In this document: positions 26,359 to 39,154 of the stretch, piece after piece | Numbering within the stretch: the first letter of the stretch is position 1 | Layout of the letters: every line of letters starts with the position of its first letter | NCBI RefSeq assembly: GCF_004010195.1 | Contig: NC_057731.1 | Location: forward strand, 31,412,120 to 31,476,119 | From: Chiloscyllium plagiosum | Lineage: Eukaryota | Direction of reading: 5' to 3' | DNA length: 64,000 bases | Translations under genes and position numbers: made by a program | The notes under the pieces: model-generated | Told to the model about the DNA's origin: nothing | The model's input: only the letters and a program-made list of their open reading frames with translations | Database searches by the model: none

Positions 26359-27309
26359 TTATGGAAAGAGTAGCTGTCTTCAGACATAGTTCTAATATCA
26401 TGTAATACTAAGGGGTTGCCTTGGTAACTTAATTCATGTAGGGCAGCTGAATTGACAATCGATAAGTCAGGTGATGATGTAAATTGAAAATGTATTTACA
26501 AATGTGAGCTTTTATTCATACTGACGCATCATCGATACAATCTCTGTGCCTTCAAATGGTCTTCTTTTTCCTTTCCTTCCTACTATGTTTATATTGTGTC
26601 TCAGTTTCCACAGATAGGGTAGAGGTGCCTGCCATATAGTGGAGCCTGGTGGTCTTGGACTTTTGGGTGGATGACCACAAGAACATTTATGTCTGTGGGC
26701 CTAGACATGCTGACAGTGTTCTGGTCAGATCCAGGTTCATACTCCTGATGCTTCCACCGGGTTTAGTGTCGCAGCCAGAGTGAGGCAGGGGACATCTAGA
26801 ATGTTTGAGAGAAGAAATCTCATGAGTGAAAATTTTCATCTAGTCATTCAAACCTCCTGCAGAAAATTTGACTTATTTTTCTTGATGTTGAGAATCTCAT
26901 TTTTCCATTCTCTTCCATTTGCCATTGCCCACAGGAAATCTACTGCAGGGAATTATGCATTTTTATGAAGCTAATTAGGGAGTAGGACACATTTGGCCAG
27001 AAACGTATGGTGATCCACAATTTACAGGCTCTGTCTTTCTTGTAAGAAGCTGCTGACTGTTTTCTTCATTAATAACGGTCAGCAATGTTCAGATGCCTTC
27101 ATTTCCATCAAACTACAGTCCCTTATTTTTAGGTTATCTTTGAATTTTAGGTTATCTCTGTATTTGCATTTCAGTGCAATAAAGAAGAAAATGTTATAGT
27201 AAGTCATAAAGTATGATAATTGCATCTTTCTTGTCTGACTTTTTGCTTGATAAAACTATTAATTGAGCCACAAAATGCAATTAGGGTAGGGAATTCAAAA
27301 TCAGCTGGT

Positions 27310-27580
27310 CTATTTTTAAGTGAGAGGAGAAAGATTTAAAAGGGTCCCGAGGGGCAATGTTTTCACAGAGGGGGGGTGGTTTGTAGATGGAATGAAGTGG
27401 TAGATGCAGGTAGTGTTACAAAATTTAAAGACATTTCAGTAGGTACATTAATAGGAAAGGTTTAGAGGAATATAGGCCAAATACAGGCACGTGAGATTAG
27501 TTTAGTTTGGAAAAGTTGGCTAGCAGAGACGAGTTGGACCGAAGGGTCTGTTTCATTCTGTATGACTCTGTGACTCTATA
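27310..27580 (+). mobile_element. CR1 3' end
   Basis: ggggcaatgtttcacagag...ttggaccgaagggtctgtttc, with tail tatgactctgtgactcta. Confidence 0.8.
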
Positions 27581-27719
27581 GCATACATAAATGGCAGATA
27601 TTTTGTTCAGAAAATGATTTATTATCAGTGATGTTCAAATATTTTCACTTAGCATTTACTACTTAATTAATGATTGACATTTCTTCTAAAGATTGACTTT
27701 TCTTCTGTCATTTTATTAG

Positions 27720-27802
27720 CTCGACAGATTGAGGAGCTCCAGCAAATCGATTTATTACCACGAGACTGGCTGTTGTACATTGTCACCCGCAGTTACTATG
27801 CA
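27720..27802 (+). CDS. BTBD16: BTBD16 internal coding exon (83 bp)
   Basis: Acceptor tcattttattag| and donor |gtgagt. Starts in phase 1 and reads TRQIEELQQIDLLPRDWLLYIVTRSYYA, resembling recalled human LEVLRH.NFFPESWL....NHYHA. Confidence 0.9.
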
Positions 27803-28279
27803 GTGAGTTGATACGTTGATCTTTAAACTTTAAATTTGATTTGATTCAGAAATGGTTAAAAGATGTTGATTAATGGTCCTTTTGTAATTTCTAGAGGTGA
27901 CAAGTTCCTTTCAGAAATCAATCACTGAATGTTATTCACTTTGGTTTGGAGAAAGGTGTATTGAAATATAGTTTCAGAGGTGGGAGACCAGGAATTCTAA
28001 GGGATTAAGGTGTCTATGTATACAAATACACAGGTATTAAATGTATTGGAAAAGTTCAATGGGCTATTGAGACTGAGAGCAACTTGGTATTAAAAAGTGA
28101 GGAAATTCTGCTCAATTGTACTAAGTCTAGATCTGACTCAATTGAGCATGCTATGTTCAGTTTAAGGCAAAAATTCAAGAAAGATATGCTGCTCGGGTAT
28201 GTTATAAGGACAGGTTGAGTTGAAGAGTGGTATAATAGATATGCTTAATTTAATAGGAAAGTTTAGTAGTGTAATTATA

Positions 28280-28548
28280 GGGCGACTGCCTGTGTGGATT
28301 TTGCACATTCTCCTCATGCCTACGTTGATTTCCTTTGGGTGCTCCCGTTTCCGCTCACAGTCCAAAGATGTGCAGGTTAGGTGGGTTGGCCATGCTAAAA
28401 TGAAATTGCCCTGTAGTGTCCAGGTTAGGAGGATTAGCCATAGTGAAAACTCCATGCAAGGTTACAGAGATGCGGTGGGTGGGTTACTCAACAGAGGGCC
28501 TGATGGATTGAATAGCTTATTTCTGTATTGTATGGATTCTATGATTCT
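28280..28548 (+). mobile_element. HE1-like SINE (5'-truncated)
   Basis: tgtgtggattttgcacattctcc...gggtgctcccgtttcc..cacagtccaaagatgtgcaggttaggtgg, with tail gattctatgattcta. Confidence 0.8.
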
Positions 28549-28859
28549 AGAAGACATTGCCCCTGGTGGGACTGTCCAGACAGAGGATATAATATGCAAT
28601 ATAGAGCAAGATAACACAACAATGAGGTTAAGATGGATGTAAAGGGGAGGATGAATTAATATACAGAGTATCTGTAACAATGACACCACAAAGTTGTTCT
28701 TTAAACTAAAATATTTACTGTGTTTAAAGCCTGCGAGAAAACAAAATGTATTTCAAATAATTTTAGATTGTATTACTGGGAATACCAAATGTGATAGTCT
28801 AGTAGACTTAGTCCAGTAGAGAGTTTGTGATAATTTGTCTAACAATAGGAATGTATCTA

Positions 28860-29890
28860 AAGTGACCAAACAAGAGATCATAAATTTCATAAATAAAGCA
28901 TTTCTTGACCTGTCAATATGGCATGTACATGGGTCTCCAGGGTACAATAATTTAAGGCTGACACAAAACTTTGTTGTGAAGCAGGAACTGAACAGTGATA
29001 AACTTCAAGAGTAAATTGACAGGCTGATGGAATGGAGGTGACCAGCTGGCAGATAAAGTTTACTACAGAAAAATATGAAATGATACATTTCAGTAGGAAG
29101 ACTGAGGGGAAGCATTATAAAATAATTCTATAAGGAGTACAAGTGCAAAAAAAACTTGGTTGGATACATGCAGAAATCATTAATAGTGGCAGGGAGGTTG
29201 AGAAAGTGTTTATAACAGTCTTTTGGTTGTGAACACACTCCATTCCTGAGTCCATTTGCAAGTTGACTTATACGCAAGTCAGATCACAATGCAAGACAAT
29301 GTAAAGCTTCCGGTTGTAAGTACAAGAAATGTTTGTATGTCAGATATTTAAATTTACACCCCTGTATGAGACTGCATTGGTAAGTATGAATATTCGTAAG
29401 TCAGACATTAATCAATCATGGGGCTCCTGTATTTGGGATGTATAAATAGTAGCATAGAGTACAAAAGCAAGGAAGTTATGTTGCGTATTTATAAAATTTA
29501 GTTTTGTCCAAAATGGAACATTGTGTCTGGAATGGGCATTGTACTTTGGGCAAGTTGTGAAGGCTTTCAAGATGATGCAAAGAAACTTTATGAAGTTACA
29601 GAGATGAAATATTTCAATTCTGTAGATAGACCCCCGAAACTGGATTTGATTTCCTTAGAGAAGAGGGGTTTGGGAGGAGGTTTGATTGAGGTGTTTGAAA
29701 TCATACGGGATTTAGACAGAATATGTAGACAGAGTATTTCCTTTTAGTGGAATGGTCAATAACCACAAGACACCAATATAAGGATTGCCAAAAGGACTTT
29801 TGGTGCTATGAGAAAATTCTTTTTTACATAGCAAGTGGTTACGATCTGGAATGAGCATCCTGAAAGTATAATGGAGGTCGATTCAACCGG
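28860..29890 (+). mobile_element. old CR1 RT/3' remnant
   Basis: Decayed motifs ADTKL, WQIKFTTEKYEMIHF, IEYKSKEVML and LISLEKRGLGGGLIEVFEII. Confidence 0.6.
29213..29430. mobile_element. Tigger/Tc1-mariner-type MITE nested in CR1
   Basis: Decayed TIR-like ends cagtcttttggttgtgaac ... ttcgtaagtcagacattaatcaatcatggggctcctgTA. It interrupts colinear CR1 sequence. Confidence 0.5.
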
Positions 29891-30122
29891 CCTTTGATAC
29901 CATTCTCACAGATAGCCACTAGCCTAGGAAAAAGATCATGCAATAGGATTTCACATTTTAAGATTTGTTCCAAATAAAAGCAACATCAACTAAACATTAC
30001 TTCGCAGGCAACTAAACATTATAAGCTACAGAAGTGGTATTCATTATTAACTTTTTAATACAACTGGAAAGCCCATGGCACATTTAAATTTTGCACCATG
30101 CTTTTGTCAGATATGTAGCCTT

Positions 30123-31332
30123 AGAGTCATAGAATCATAAAGCTTTACAGCATGGAAACAGACCCTTCAGTCTAACTCGTCTATGCTGACCAGATATCCT
30201 AAATTAATCTTGTCCCGTTTGCCAGCATTTTACCAATATGCCTCAAAACCCTTACTATTCCTATACACATCCAGATGCCTTTTAAATGTTATAATTGTAC
30301 CATTCTCTGGCAACTCATTCCATAAATCCACCACTCTGTGTGTGAAAAGGTTGCCCTTTATGTCTCTTTTAAATTTTCCCTGCTCATCTTAAACCTATGC
30401 CCTCTGGTTTTCGAGCCCCCACTCTGCATGAAAAGATCTTGGCTATTCACCCTATCCATGCCCCTCATGATTTTATAAAACTCTATAATGTCACCCACAG
30501 ACTCTGAATTCCAGGGAAAATAGCCCAAGTCTATTCTGCCTCTCCCTGTAGCTCAAACCCTCCAACCATGGCAACATCCTTGTAAAACTTTTCTGAACTT
30601 TTTTCAAGTTTCACAACATCTTTCCCATAGCAGGGAGACCAGAACTGAACACAGCATTCCAAAAGTGGTCTAACCAATGTCCTGTACAGCTACAACATGA
30701 CCTCCCAACTCCAATACTCAGTGCACTGACCAATAAAGCCAAGCATAACAAACACCTTCTTCACTATCCCGTTTACCTGCGACTCCACTTTCAAGGAACT
30801 ATGAACCTGCACCTCAAGGTCTCTTGGTTCAGCAACACTTCCCAGGACTTTACCATTAAGTGCATAAGTCCTGCCCTGATTTGCCTTTCCAAAACACGAC
30901 ACCTCACATTTGTCTAAATTAAACTCCATCTGCCCATCTGATCAAGGTACTGTTGCACTCTGGTATAACCTTCTTTGCTGTCCACTACATCTCCAATTTT
31001 GGTGTCATCTTCAAATTTACAAACTTCCTGTGTTCACATCAGATCATTTATATAAATGATGAAAAGCAGTGAACCCAGTACTGATCCTTGTGGCACAATA
31101 CTACTCACAGGCCTCCAGTTTGAAAAGCAACCCTCCACCACTACCATCTGTCTTCTAGCTTCAAGCCAGTTCTATATCCAAATGGTGATTTCTCCATGTA
31201 TTCCATGTGATCTAACCTTGTTGAACACCTTACTCAAGTTCTTGTAGATCACATCCACTGCTCTGCCTTCATCAGACCTCTTTGTTACTTCTCCAAAAAC
31301 TCAATCAAGTTAGTGAAACACAATTTCCCATG
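30123..31332 (-). mobile_element. CR1/HER1-like LINE 3' portion
   Basis: ORF MEFNLDKCEV..FGKANQGRTYALNGKVLGSV... is homologous to the 10287-12352 copy. The tail is at 30123-30140. Confidence 0.92.
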
Positions 31333-31648
31333 CCTTGTGGCTTCAAGTCCAAATTATTGCTTATGTTCTGCCCGATTAAGTTGGGGCTTCCTGTTTTTCA
31401 ATCAAAGCCCCCTTCTCTCCATTTTCTGAGATTTGACACATTAGCAAGACTCCAGTTCTGCACAAGAAGCTTTGTTCCTTTAACTGCTATTCTGTCCTCA
31501 CCTGTGCTCCCATTGGTGATTAACCCATAAGCAGTTCTTTTCTTCTCCCTGGTACAACAGTGCCTGACTGAGCCTAAGAATCTGTAAGTCTCTCAACTGG
31601 TTTGAAATTTCATAATGTAAGCATTGAACATTTTCATTCACTTTGCAG

Positions 31649-31726
31649 CTACAACATGGTGGAGATGTGCCATGTCTGAAATACCTTTCCTCTGAAGCAG
31701 TCCGGTTTGGCTTCATCATTGCAGAG
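31649..31726 (+). CDS. BTBD16: BTBD16 internal coding exon (78 bp)
   Basis: Acceptor cactttgcag| and donor |gtataa. Reads LQHGGDVPCLKYLSSEAVRFGFIIAE, matching the LENGGDM...QAVRFG motif. Confidence 0.92.
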
Positions 31727-32304
31727 GTATAAAAAATAGTTAAGGAGCTTACCCAAATTATTCATCTGCTGGAAAATCAACATGTTTTTGTGTAATAGAG
31801 CTTTTTAAATTTTATAACTTTTCCATAATTTAACTTTCTGAATTTTACAGTAAAAATACCACCCTGAGTTCAGATAACATTCAAAGCTTGTATCTTGTTC
31901 AAACAGTTTTTGATGTTATCTGAAACTCTCAAGCAGCATTCTTGCAATTGTACCCTTTCACCAATCACAGTTGACAAGATTGTCATGGAAAGTATGTTAT
32001 TTTGAAACTTTGATTTTCTGGTTGATGGTGAGAGAAGAGACATTTTTGTTGCAGACTTGCTTTCACATTGACACCAAACAGTATAATATAGACATTGGGT
32101 ACCAAATGAAACGTTTGTACTGAATCCACTTGGAAGGGATGGAGGCAGAATTTTACCAGGCTGTGACTGATGTGGGCTACAGTGTGATGAGTGGTACATC
32201 AAGCGAGACAGTCATCTCACCATTAATACCATAGTTTGCTCAATCAGGGCAGTAAGATTCTCATTAGACATCAAAGTTTCCAATCAACATTCCTTGTTAA
32301 ATGA

Positions 32305-32628
32305 TAGAATCATAGAATTCCTCTCGTATAGAAAGAGGCCATTCGGTCTGTTAAGTGTACACCAAAGGGCATTTTACCCATTATGCATTCCATCTCCATA
32401 ACACCACTTGGAATTGTTACCACGGCTATCCCACCTAACCTGCACATCCCTGCCTGCTATGAGGCAATTATTAGCACCTAACCTGCATGTCTTCAGACAG
32501 TGGAAGGAAACTGGAGTACCCAGAGGAAACTCCTGTGGACACAGGAAAACATGCAAACTCCACACAGTCACCCAAGGCTGCAATAGAACCTGTGAGGCAG
32601 CAGTGCTAACCACTGTGCCACAGTGCTA
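32305..32628 (-). mobile_element. HE1-like SINE
   Basis: Minus head gtagcactgtggcacagtggttagcactgctgcctcacag. The tail is seen as atagaatcatagaat. Confidence 0.8.
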
Positions 32629-33899
32629 CCCAAATCATTTATTACCAGTCGTCACAGATTGTGATCTTATCAAAACTGCCATTGGAGAAACTCAGGCAGG
32701 CTTCATGGTCACCATCCACAGACACTTTACATACATGGGCGCTGGCCAGTCCTCATGAATCCTCATGGTATATCTCCAATCCACTAACAGGACAATTCTG
32801 CTGATCAATTCTGCAACTCAGGCTTCACTGGCAATTATCATTGTTAGGCTGCAGCTAAGACACTTCATAATCAGGTACAGACCCAGTTCATGAGGTATAC
32901 CTGGCTGCATCTTTGGGCTCTTCACTTACTCATTCATTCTAAGCCGACTCTGGATGCTTGCCGCTTCCCTGCCTTTCATTGCCTTAACTTTTTGTGCTTT
33001 ACAGCCCCATCCAGAGTTAGTGAGCGCAATGACAGCAAATGAAAAGTGTCTATTCCTGGGCACAAACGGTCCTTGCTGCAGAATTGCAATGATAGCTGTC
33101 AGTGTAGTCTGAGCTGAAGTATTGAGATATTGGTGCCTGACATCCAACATGGAGATCTTTTGGAGAAAACGGAGGGTTAAATCCAGCCATGAACCTGTTC
33201 AGGTTTCCATGCCGAATTTTCCCGATGGCTAGTTTGTACAGTCAGTTTGGTAAGATTTCAATCAATGGCGAATTAGACTGTTCACCTATATAACAAGCAA
33301 TAGAGAGTATCAATTGTGAACTTGCCACTCAATGATAAGAATCTTGCAACACCACTTGAACAAAGTAGGGAAGTTGTGGGGAGACGACCATGTATAAAAA
33401 TGATCATCTAACCTGATTCCGCCACTCATCTCGCCTTTGCCCACATCTCTCAAAATCTGGTGAGTTTCTACTCATAGACTGTGTTCTGGTGACATAAATT
33501 CACAACTAACCATAACTTTTGAAGATTTTACATTCAGCTAGTAAATTAATCTGGAATTAGAAGTTAGCTTTAGTAAAGGTAGCTATACAATGACTAGATT
33601 TTGTAAAAACTGGTTCATCAATATCTTTTTAGAAAGAAAATCTTGTAATCTATATCCAGTCTGTTTGATATGCAGTTCGAGCCCTTAGCAATGTGGTTGA
33701 CTCTTAATTGCCCTTTGAAACGTCCTGACAGGTCATTGAGTCAAGGGCAATTAAGAAGAGCAATAAATGCTTACCAGCAATGCCAACAATTGGTGAAGGT
33801 ACAAAAAAAAGTTAAAATTACTGTACCATGGCTTAGGTGACAGTCACACTTTCCATCTTTCCAATCAATAAATTGTTACTTATCAGTGTAAAATATCAG

Positions 33900-34402
33900 C
33901 TTGCTCATTCTCACTTCTGAGTCAGAGGGTTGTGCGTTCAAATTCCTGTTCCTAACCTGTCTGCAAAAGTCTATCTTGACACTCAATGCAGTCCTGAGGG
34001 TGTGCTAAACTGTTGTAAGTGCTGTCTTTCAAATGAAGCATTAAATTGACGTCTCATCTGTTTTTAGGTGGTTATAAACAATTTAAGAGTTCTCTCTCAA
34101 AGTGATGTTGGAGAGTTATACCCAGCAGTTGGGCCAATATTTATCCTGCAAACATAGAGTCATACAGATGGAAACAGAGCCTTTGGTCCAACTTGTCCAT
34201 GCTGACCAGATATCCCAACCCAATCTATTCCCATCTGCCAGCCACCGAGATAGTTTTGTCGTTATCACATTGCTAGTTATGGGAGTTGCTGAGTACCAAT
34301 TCACTGCCACATTTCCTACATTACACTCAAGTGCTACAAAATGATTTGGGACATCCTGTGATCATAATAGGTGCTATACAAATGTAGGACTTATCTTTCT
34401 TA
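33900..34402 (+). mobile_element. Deu-domain SINE with a nested CR1 3' end (~34154-34240, - strand)
   Basis: tRNA-like head ctgagtcagagggttgtgcgttcaaattcc, Deu body ggccaatatttatcc / ttatcacattgct...gccacatttcctacattaca, and tail gtgctatacaaatgta. Confidence 0.7.
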
Positions 34403-37400
34403 GGCAGAACGAAGTGACCCCATACATGCATGAAGCTCTGCTTTCCAATCAATAATGATGTGAATGAACAAAATTACTATGGCTACTCTCTCACATAATT
34501 TAAACTAAATGGCATCATTTGTTCCACCAGAACCTTACTGTTCATTTACTGGAATTTTGACCCAGTAACTATTCAGGGAGGGTCTTGTGCCTAATGGTAA
34601 AATCCCTGTCTCTGAGCGAAAAGCTCTGGATTTGAGTTCCACTTAGGACTGAATGGCCATGGAAGATGTGTTTGCAGTATGGCCGAACAAATTGATTATT
34701 AACCTGTAAATCCTTCTGATCTGCCTGTGGCAGGTGGTGAACATGGAAAAGTTGTTTGATTAGCTATGCTTAAGGTGGACTAGCATCCCTCAAGGTTCAG
34801 CCTCTGGTGACAGGCTGATAGCTTGTTCTAAGAAACATCCAGCAATGGAAACACACAATTTTCTGAGTCTGTTACATGGAAATAATCAGTAGGTGGAAAA
34901 AATTGCAAAAAGCTGAATAATTCTGCTGATATCATAAACTGATGCTTGAGTGGTTTATTGTTATCTGAATCCAAGATAATATTTTTATTGTAATCACTCT
35001 TATTTTTAGATGATACATGGCAATATTATTTATAATACAGAACTCAAGTCTGACACTCAGTTGCCCTAAGGGCAATTCTAGCTAACAATTAAATGCTATC
35101 CTCAAGATTATAAAGTTACACAATTTATAGGAATGAGGAAAACCCAATAGGTTAATTGTTCAAGTTTGAAAAAATTCCAGGCAACTCATCAGTTCATCTG
35201 ATTGCATTTTGAACAAATATAAAAATGTTCATCTCTATCAACCTTTCTGGGAGACCACTTGAAAAGTTTTCATAACAAAGCAAGTTTACTTCTGACATCA
35301 ATTCTAAATTGTGCTTCCTTTCGCTCAGTTGATTTTTTGCTCTCTCTCCCCCACTTTATTATCATTAATCTTTATGAATTTTATCAACTTACACTTGGCA
35401 TTGCAGATTTTCCACCTGAAAAAGAAAAGAGCCAAATTTCATTTTGATTGAAATATTTTAAACAAATATCATGTAGTTTTCATAATGGCAGCCAACCCAC
35501 ATTACCACATGTGTACTCATATGACAAGTTTAAAATCTACTCCACTCAGTTTCAGAACCTGAATCTCTACCATATTGACTACAACAATTCAAGAAGGCTG
35601 TTGCTCACCACTTTCTTGAGGGTAGTTAGGGCTGGGCAACAAATGCTGTCTGCATGTGATACTCACATCCTACAAAACATATTATAACAATTGTAGATTA
35701 GGTCCAGAAAGCCCTATACTTCAATTGCTGGGGCAATCTATCTCAGCCTTTCTTGATCTCACTGATTTTGCAAATTTCTTATTGGCATGCAAGTTTCACT
35801 TAAAGTTACATTACTTTTGGTTTATCTTAAACCTTTCTTGGAAATTTGACTGAATACTTCCTAGAAATCTAACTGTACCATTTCATATTCAGTTGTTGAA
35901 TTATATTATCAATGGAAGAATAAACTTCATCTCGATAAGAGAGAAGTATTGGACAATAGGCTGCTATACAGAAAGCATGCTCTAATATTAACCTGATTAA
36001 TTTCTGTCACTTAATTCATACAGCTGAAATTTACTGGCCTTTTTTGGGTCAGGCTGGGAGGTGGAAAGGCTAGTAAAATTTCAGAGATTTTCAGGGCCCC
36101 CATTTCAGACACTCTATCTCATGGAGGGGTATCCTGGTAGGATTAGCTATCCCATTTAATAGAACTACCTGTCCTCAGGAACACAGCTCTCCCCTTTTTC
36201 GGACCCATCTGCCTTATGATACCTTCTTCAAAGACACAGATGCAGAAACAACAACATGCACTCATCTGCCAGATGCTGTACCATCAATGGTCACTGGTAA
36301 CTCAAGGATGTGGTCCACTGTCTTTACTAGGGATGGCAGCTCTGTCTGTAGCCAGTTAATTCAGAAGTACCAACAAAATGTGGTCCTGGCCCATTGAAAT
36401 GACTTACTTCCCACTTTCAAGTATTGCAACAGAACTCCCGTTACCTCTGTTGAAGTGGCCACCGATGTTCCAATGCATAATCATCCCATGCATATTGTTT
36501 GCAACATAAAAAGGTTATACTGCTTGCTGGTTTACATGATAGTTGTGAGTAGCTAGTATTAAATATGCTGCTGACTGACTTGATTCCTCAGTAGGATACG
36601 TGTTATGGATTAACTCTGGAGTAAATTGGAGGGTTTTTAAAGCTTTTTAGCTTACACAGCATAAATGTGCTTGAAATAATGAGGATAGCACTAAAATAGA
36701 CAATAAACTAAATCCAAACATTTTTTCAATACCATTACATCTTGAAGCAGAAGACTCTGATTCATCTCCTGACAGTGAAACGAAAATAGATGCTGTAGAT
36801 TAAAATACTTTGCACTAAGCAAATGTGTGGAATTTACTGTCCAGGCACACAATTCATTTAGAAAGGTCCAACAGAATTTTCCACAGCTCTGGCCAGGTTT
36901 GAAAACAGGATACGGCATAGGACAAATTAAGCTACAGCACATATATTTACTTAAATATTACATTAGCAGAACCAATATTCAAGTCATTTTGCTACCTGCA
37001 AATATAATCTATTTATTAAGAAGGCATGTTTTCTGTTATTAATCCGTGGGGCTAGCCTGGAAATCAGTGGCATATGACTCACTTAGATCTCAGAGGAAGT
37101 CCATTTTATTTAACCTGTCATAAATTCCTTTGTGATATCCTGAGACAAATGACAGGAAGCACCCCACAGCTGAAAATAATTCAATAATTCAGATGCTGTG
37201 AACGGGAAAGTATATTTCCAGAGGATCTTATAAATAGCAATTGTGATTCATCAGATCAAATCTATGATCAAACTTCAGATACTTGAGAAGAACAGTAATC
37301 CCCTGAACTGTACAGAACATGCCTGCTCCCCCTTAATATATTTTTCTAACTAAAAGATTAAAACAGAAGAAGAAGCACCTACATTTCTCCTGACAAGGTG

Positions 37401-37603
37401 AGTGCAGTGACTTTGCTTCCAGCCCCTTTCATTGACAAATGCTGTCAAACAGTTAATTACTAGTGTAGCTATTCCAACACTGGAGTTTGTGTTCAATCTT
37501 CTGGGTTTCCAGTGAGAAGCTGTGGATATGCTGATGGTGCCTGTAACTCCTCAATCATGAAAACAAATGCAGCCTTAAAAGCTTCAGGGAATAGTTTGAA
37601 ATC

Positions 37604-37678
37604 GGGATGACCTCTTGAGTGTCTCCAGCACTTTCTGTTTATATTTTGGATGTGCGGCATCAGCAATACTGTTATTTC
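37604..37678 (+). mobile_element. short PLE-type terminus insertion with 12-bp TSD
   Basis: Flanked by tagtttgaaatc at 37592-37603 and 37679-37690. The body tgacctcttgagtgtctccagcactttctgtttatatt...gcatcagcaata resembles the 24320-24365 terminus. Confidence 0.6.
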
Positions 37679-38752
37679 TAGTTTGAAATCTGGACTGCCC
37701 CACAATCTTCACCAGAAAACTGTGGCCATATTGTACTTTATCTACTATTCTTGCTTCTAATAAAGTGTCACACTGAAGAGCTGAAAGAGGCGTTGGAAAG
37801 GGAAATACGTTATTAGATAATAGTCGGTGATGGTGGCAAACATGGAAACAAACCTTCACAATTAACACTTGTTAGATAACACATGAAGCTCATCTAATGC
37901 ATTTCACAGGGACAAATATCAAAGAGGCTCTGAACAGAGGTGTACACCACTGCTCTAGTTCTGCTCTATCCTCTTCATTCACACTGTCATCATTTAGCCA
38001 GAAAGAGTTCACTGATAATTGTGACCCACTGTTCCATAAGCTATCACAAAATGTCTATGTGTATAAAACCTTAATGAGAATACCAAAATCACCAATTTGC
38101 CCGACTGACTGCTACTCAGGAAAAAATACAATTCACACCAGGTTTTAAAAGAAACACAAAATATAATTACTTCTTGTAACACACAATGATAACAAGAACA
38201 GTGAAAAGAAGAGATGTCCAATTTATGGAACTTAAACTATATCACTTCAAAATACCCAAATACGCACACACTCAGTCATGATTAAAATAGACAAAAGACA
38301 AATTGTTTAAAATATATACCATGGGGGATAAATATATATGAGGCAAATCAAATTCCAAAGAGCACAGGATGGTAAATTATTTTTCAGTTTTTTCAATTCT
38401 TTCACTTCCTCAGTTCAGTGGTTGATCATGTGAGCTTAGGCTTTCTTTTGTCTCAGAATTGTCTTTTTCTGTCTTTTATCCCACATGATGAGAGGAAGAG
38501 AATGGATGTTTTCTGTCTGTAGACTCTAGATGTTTCTTCTTCTCTGCTGCTCTTGGCACATACACCTTCTTAACAATCTGCAGCTTCCCAGTTAAGCAGT
38601 ATTATCAGACAGAATCTTTAACTCAAGAGTCTTGATGCTGCTCAGTCTCAATTTCACCCTTTAACTACTTCAAAAATCAATACTGTATCACACAGCATAA
38701 TAATGTATGCAGCACTAGACATTCAAATTGCAAAACTCCTGGTGTTTCAGTT

Positions 38753-39154
38753 ATTGGAATTCTCAAATCTTGGAGGAATTGTTCGGTGAAAAGTCCAATT
38801 TCCTACAGTATGGATTTCGTACAGTTTCCAGGCGTAACTCTGACATACGCTGGAATAATGACTGTCTGGCCAATGGAAAATCCAAACTTTTCAGTTAGAA
38901 CAATCCAATTTCCATTTCAGTTTATAATACCAAAATAAACTCGGACAACCCTTTCTGACCATCAGTTAGTGGGCTACTGGAAAGTTATGCATGTTAGGAT
39001 TATTGACAAAGGAACAAAAGTTTGGATTTTCCGTTGGCCAGAGAGTCATTATTCCAGCGTAGGTCAGAGTTACGCCTGGAAACTGTACGAAATCCATACT
39101 GTAGGAAATTGGACTTTTCACCGAACAATTCCTCCAAGATTTGAGAATTCTAAT
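38753..39154. repeat. long inverted repeat, 139-bp arms, 124-bp spacer
   Basis: 38753-38891 is the reverse complement of 39016-39154, with about 4 mismatches by eye. Confidence 0.95.
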
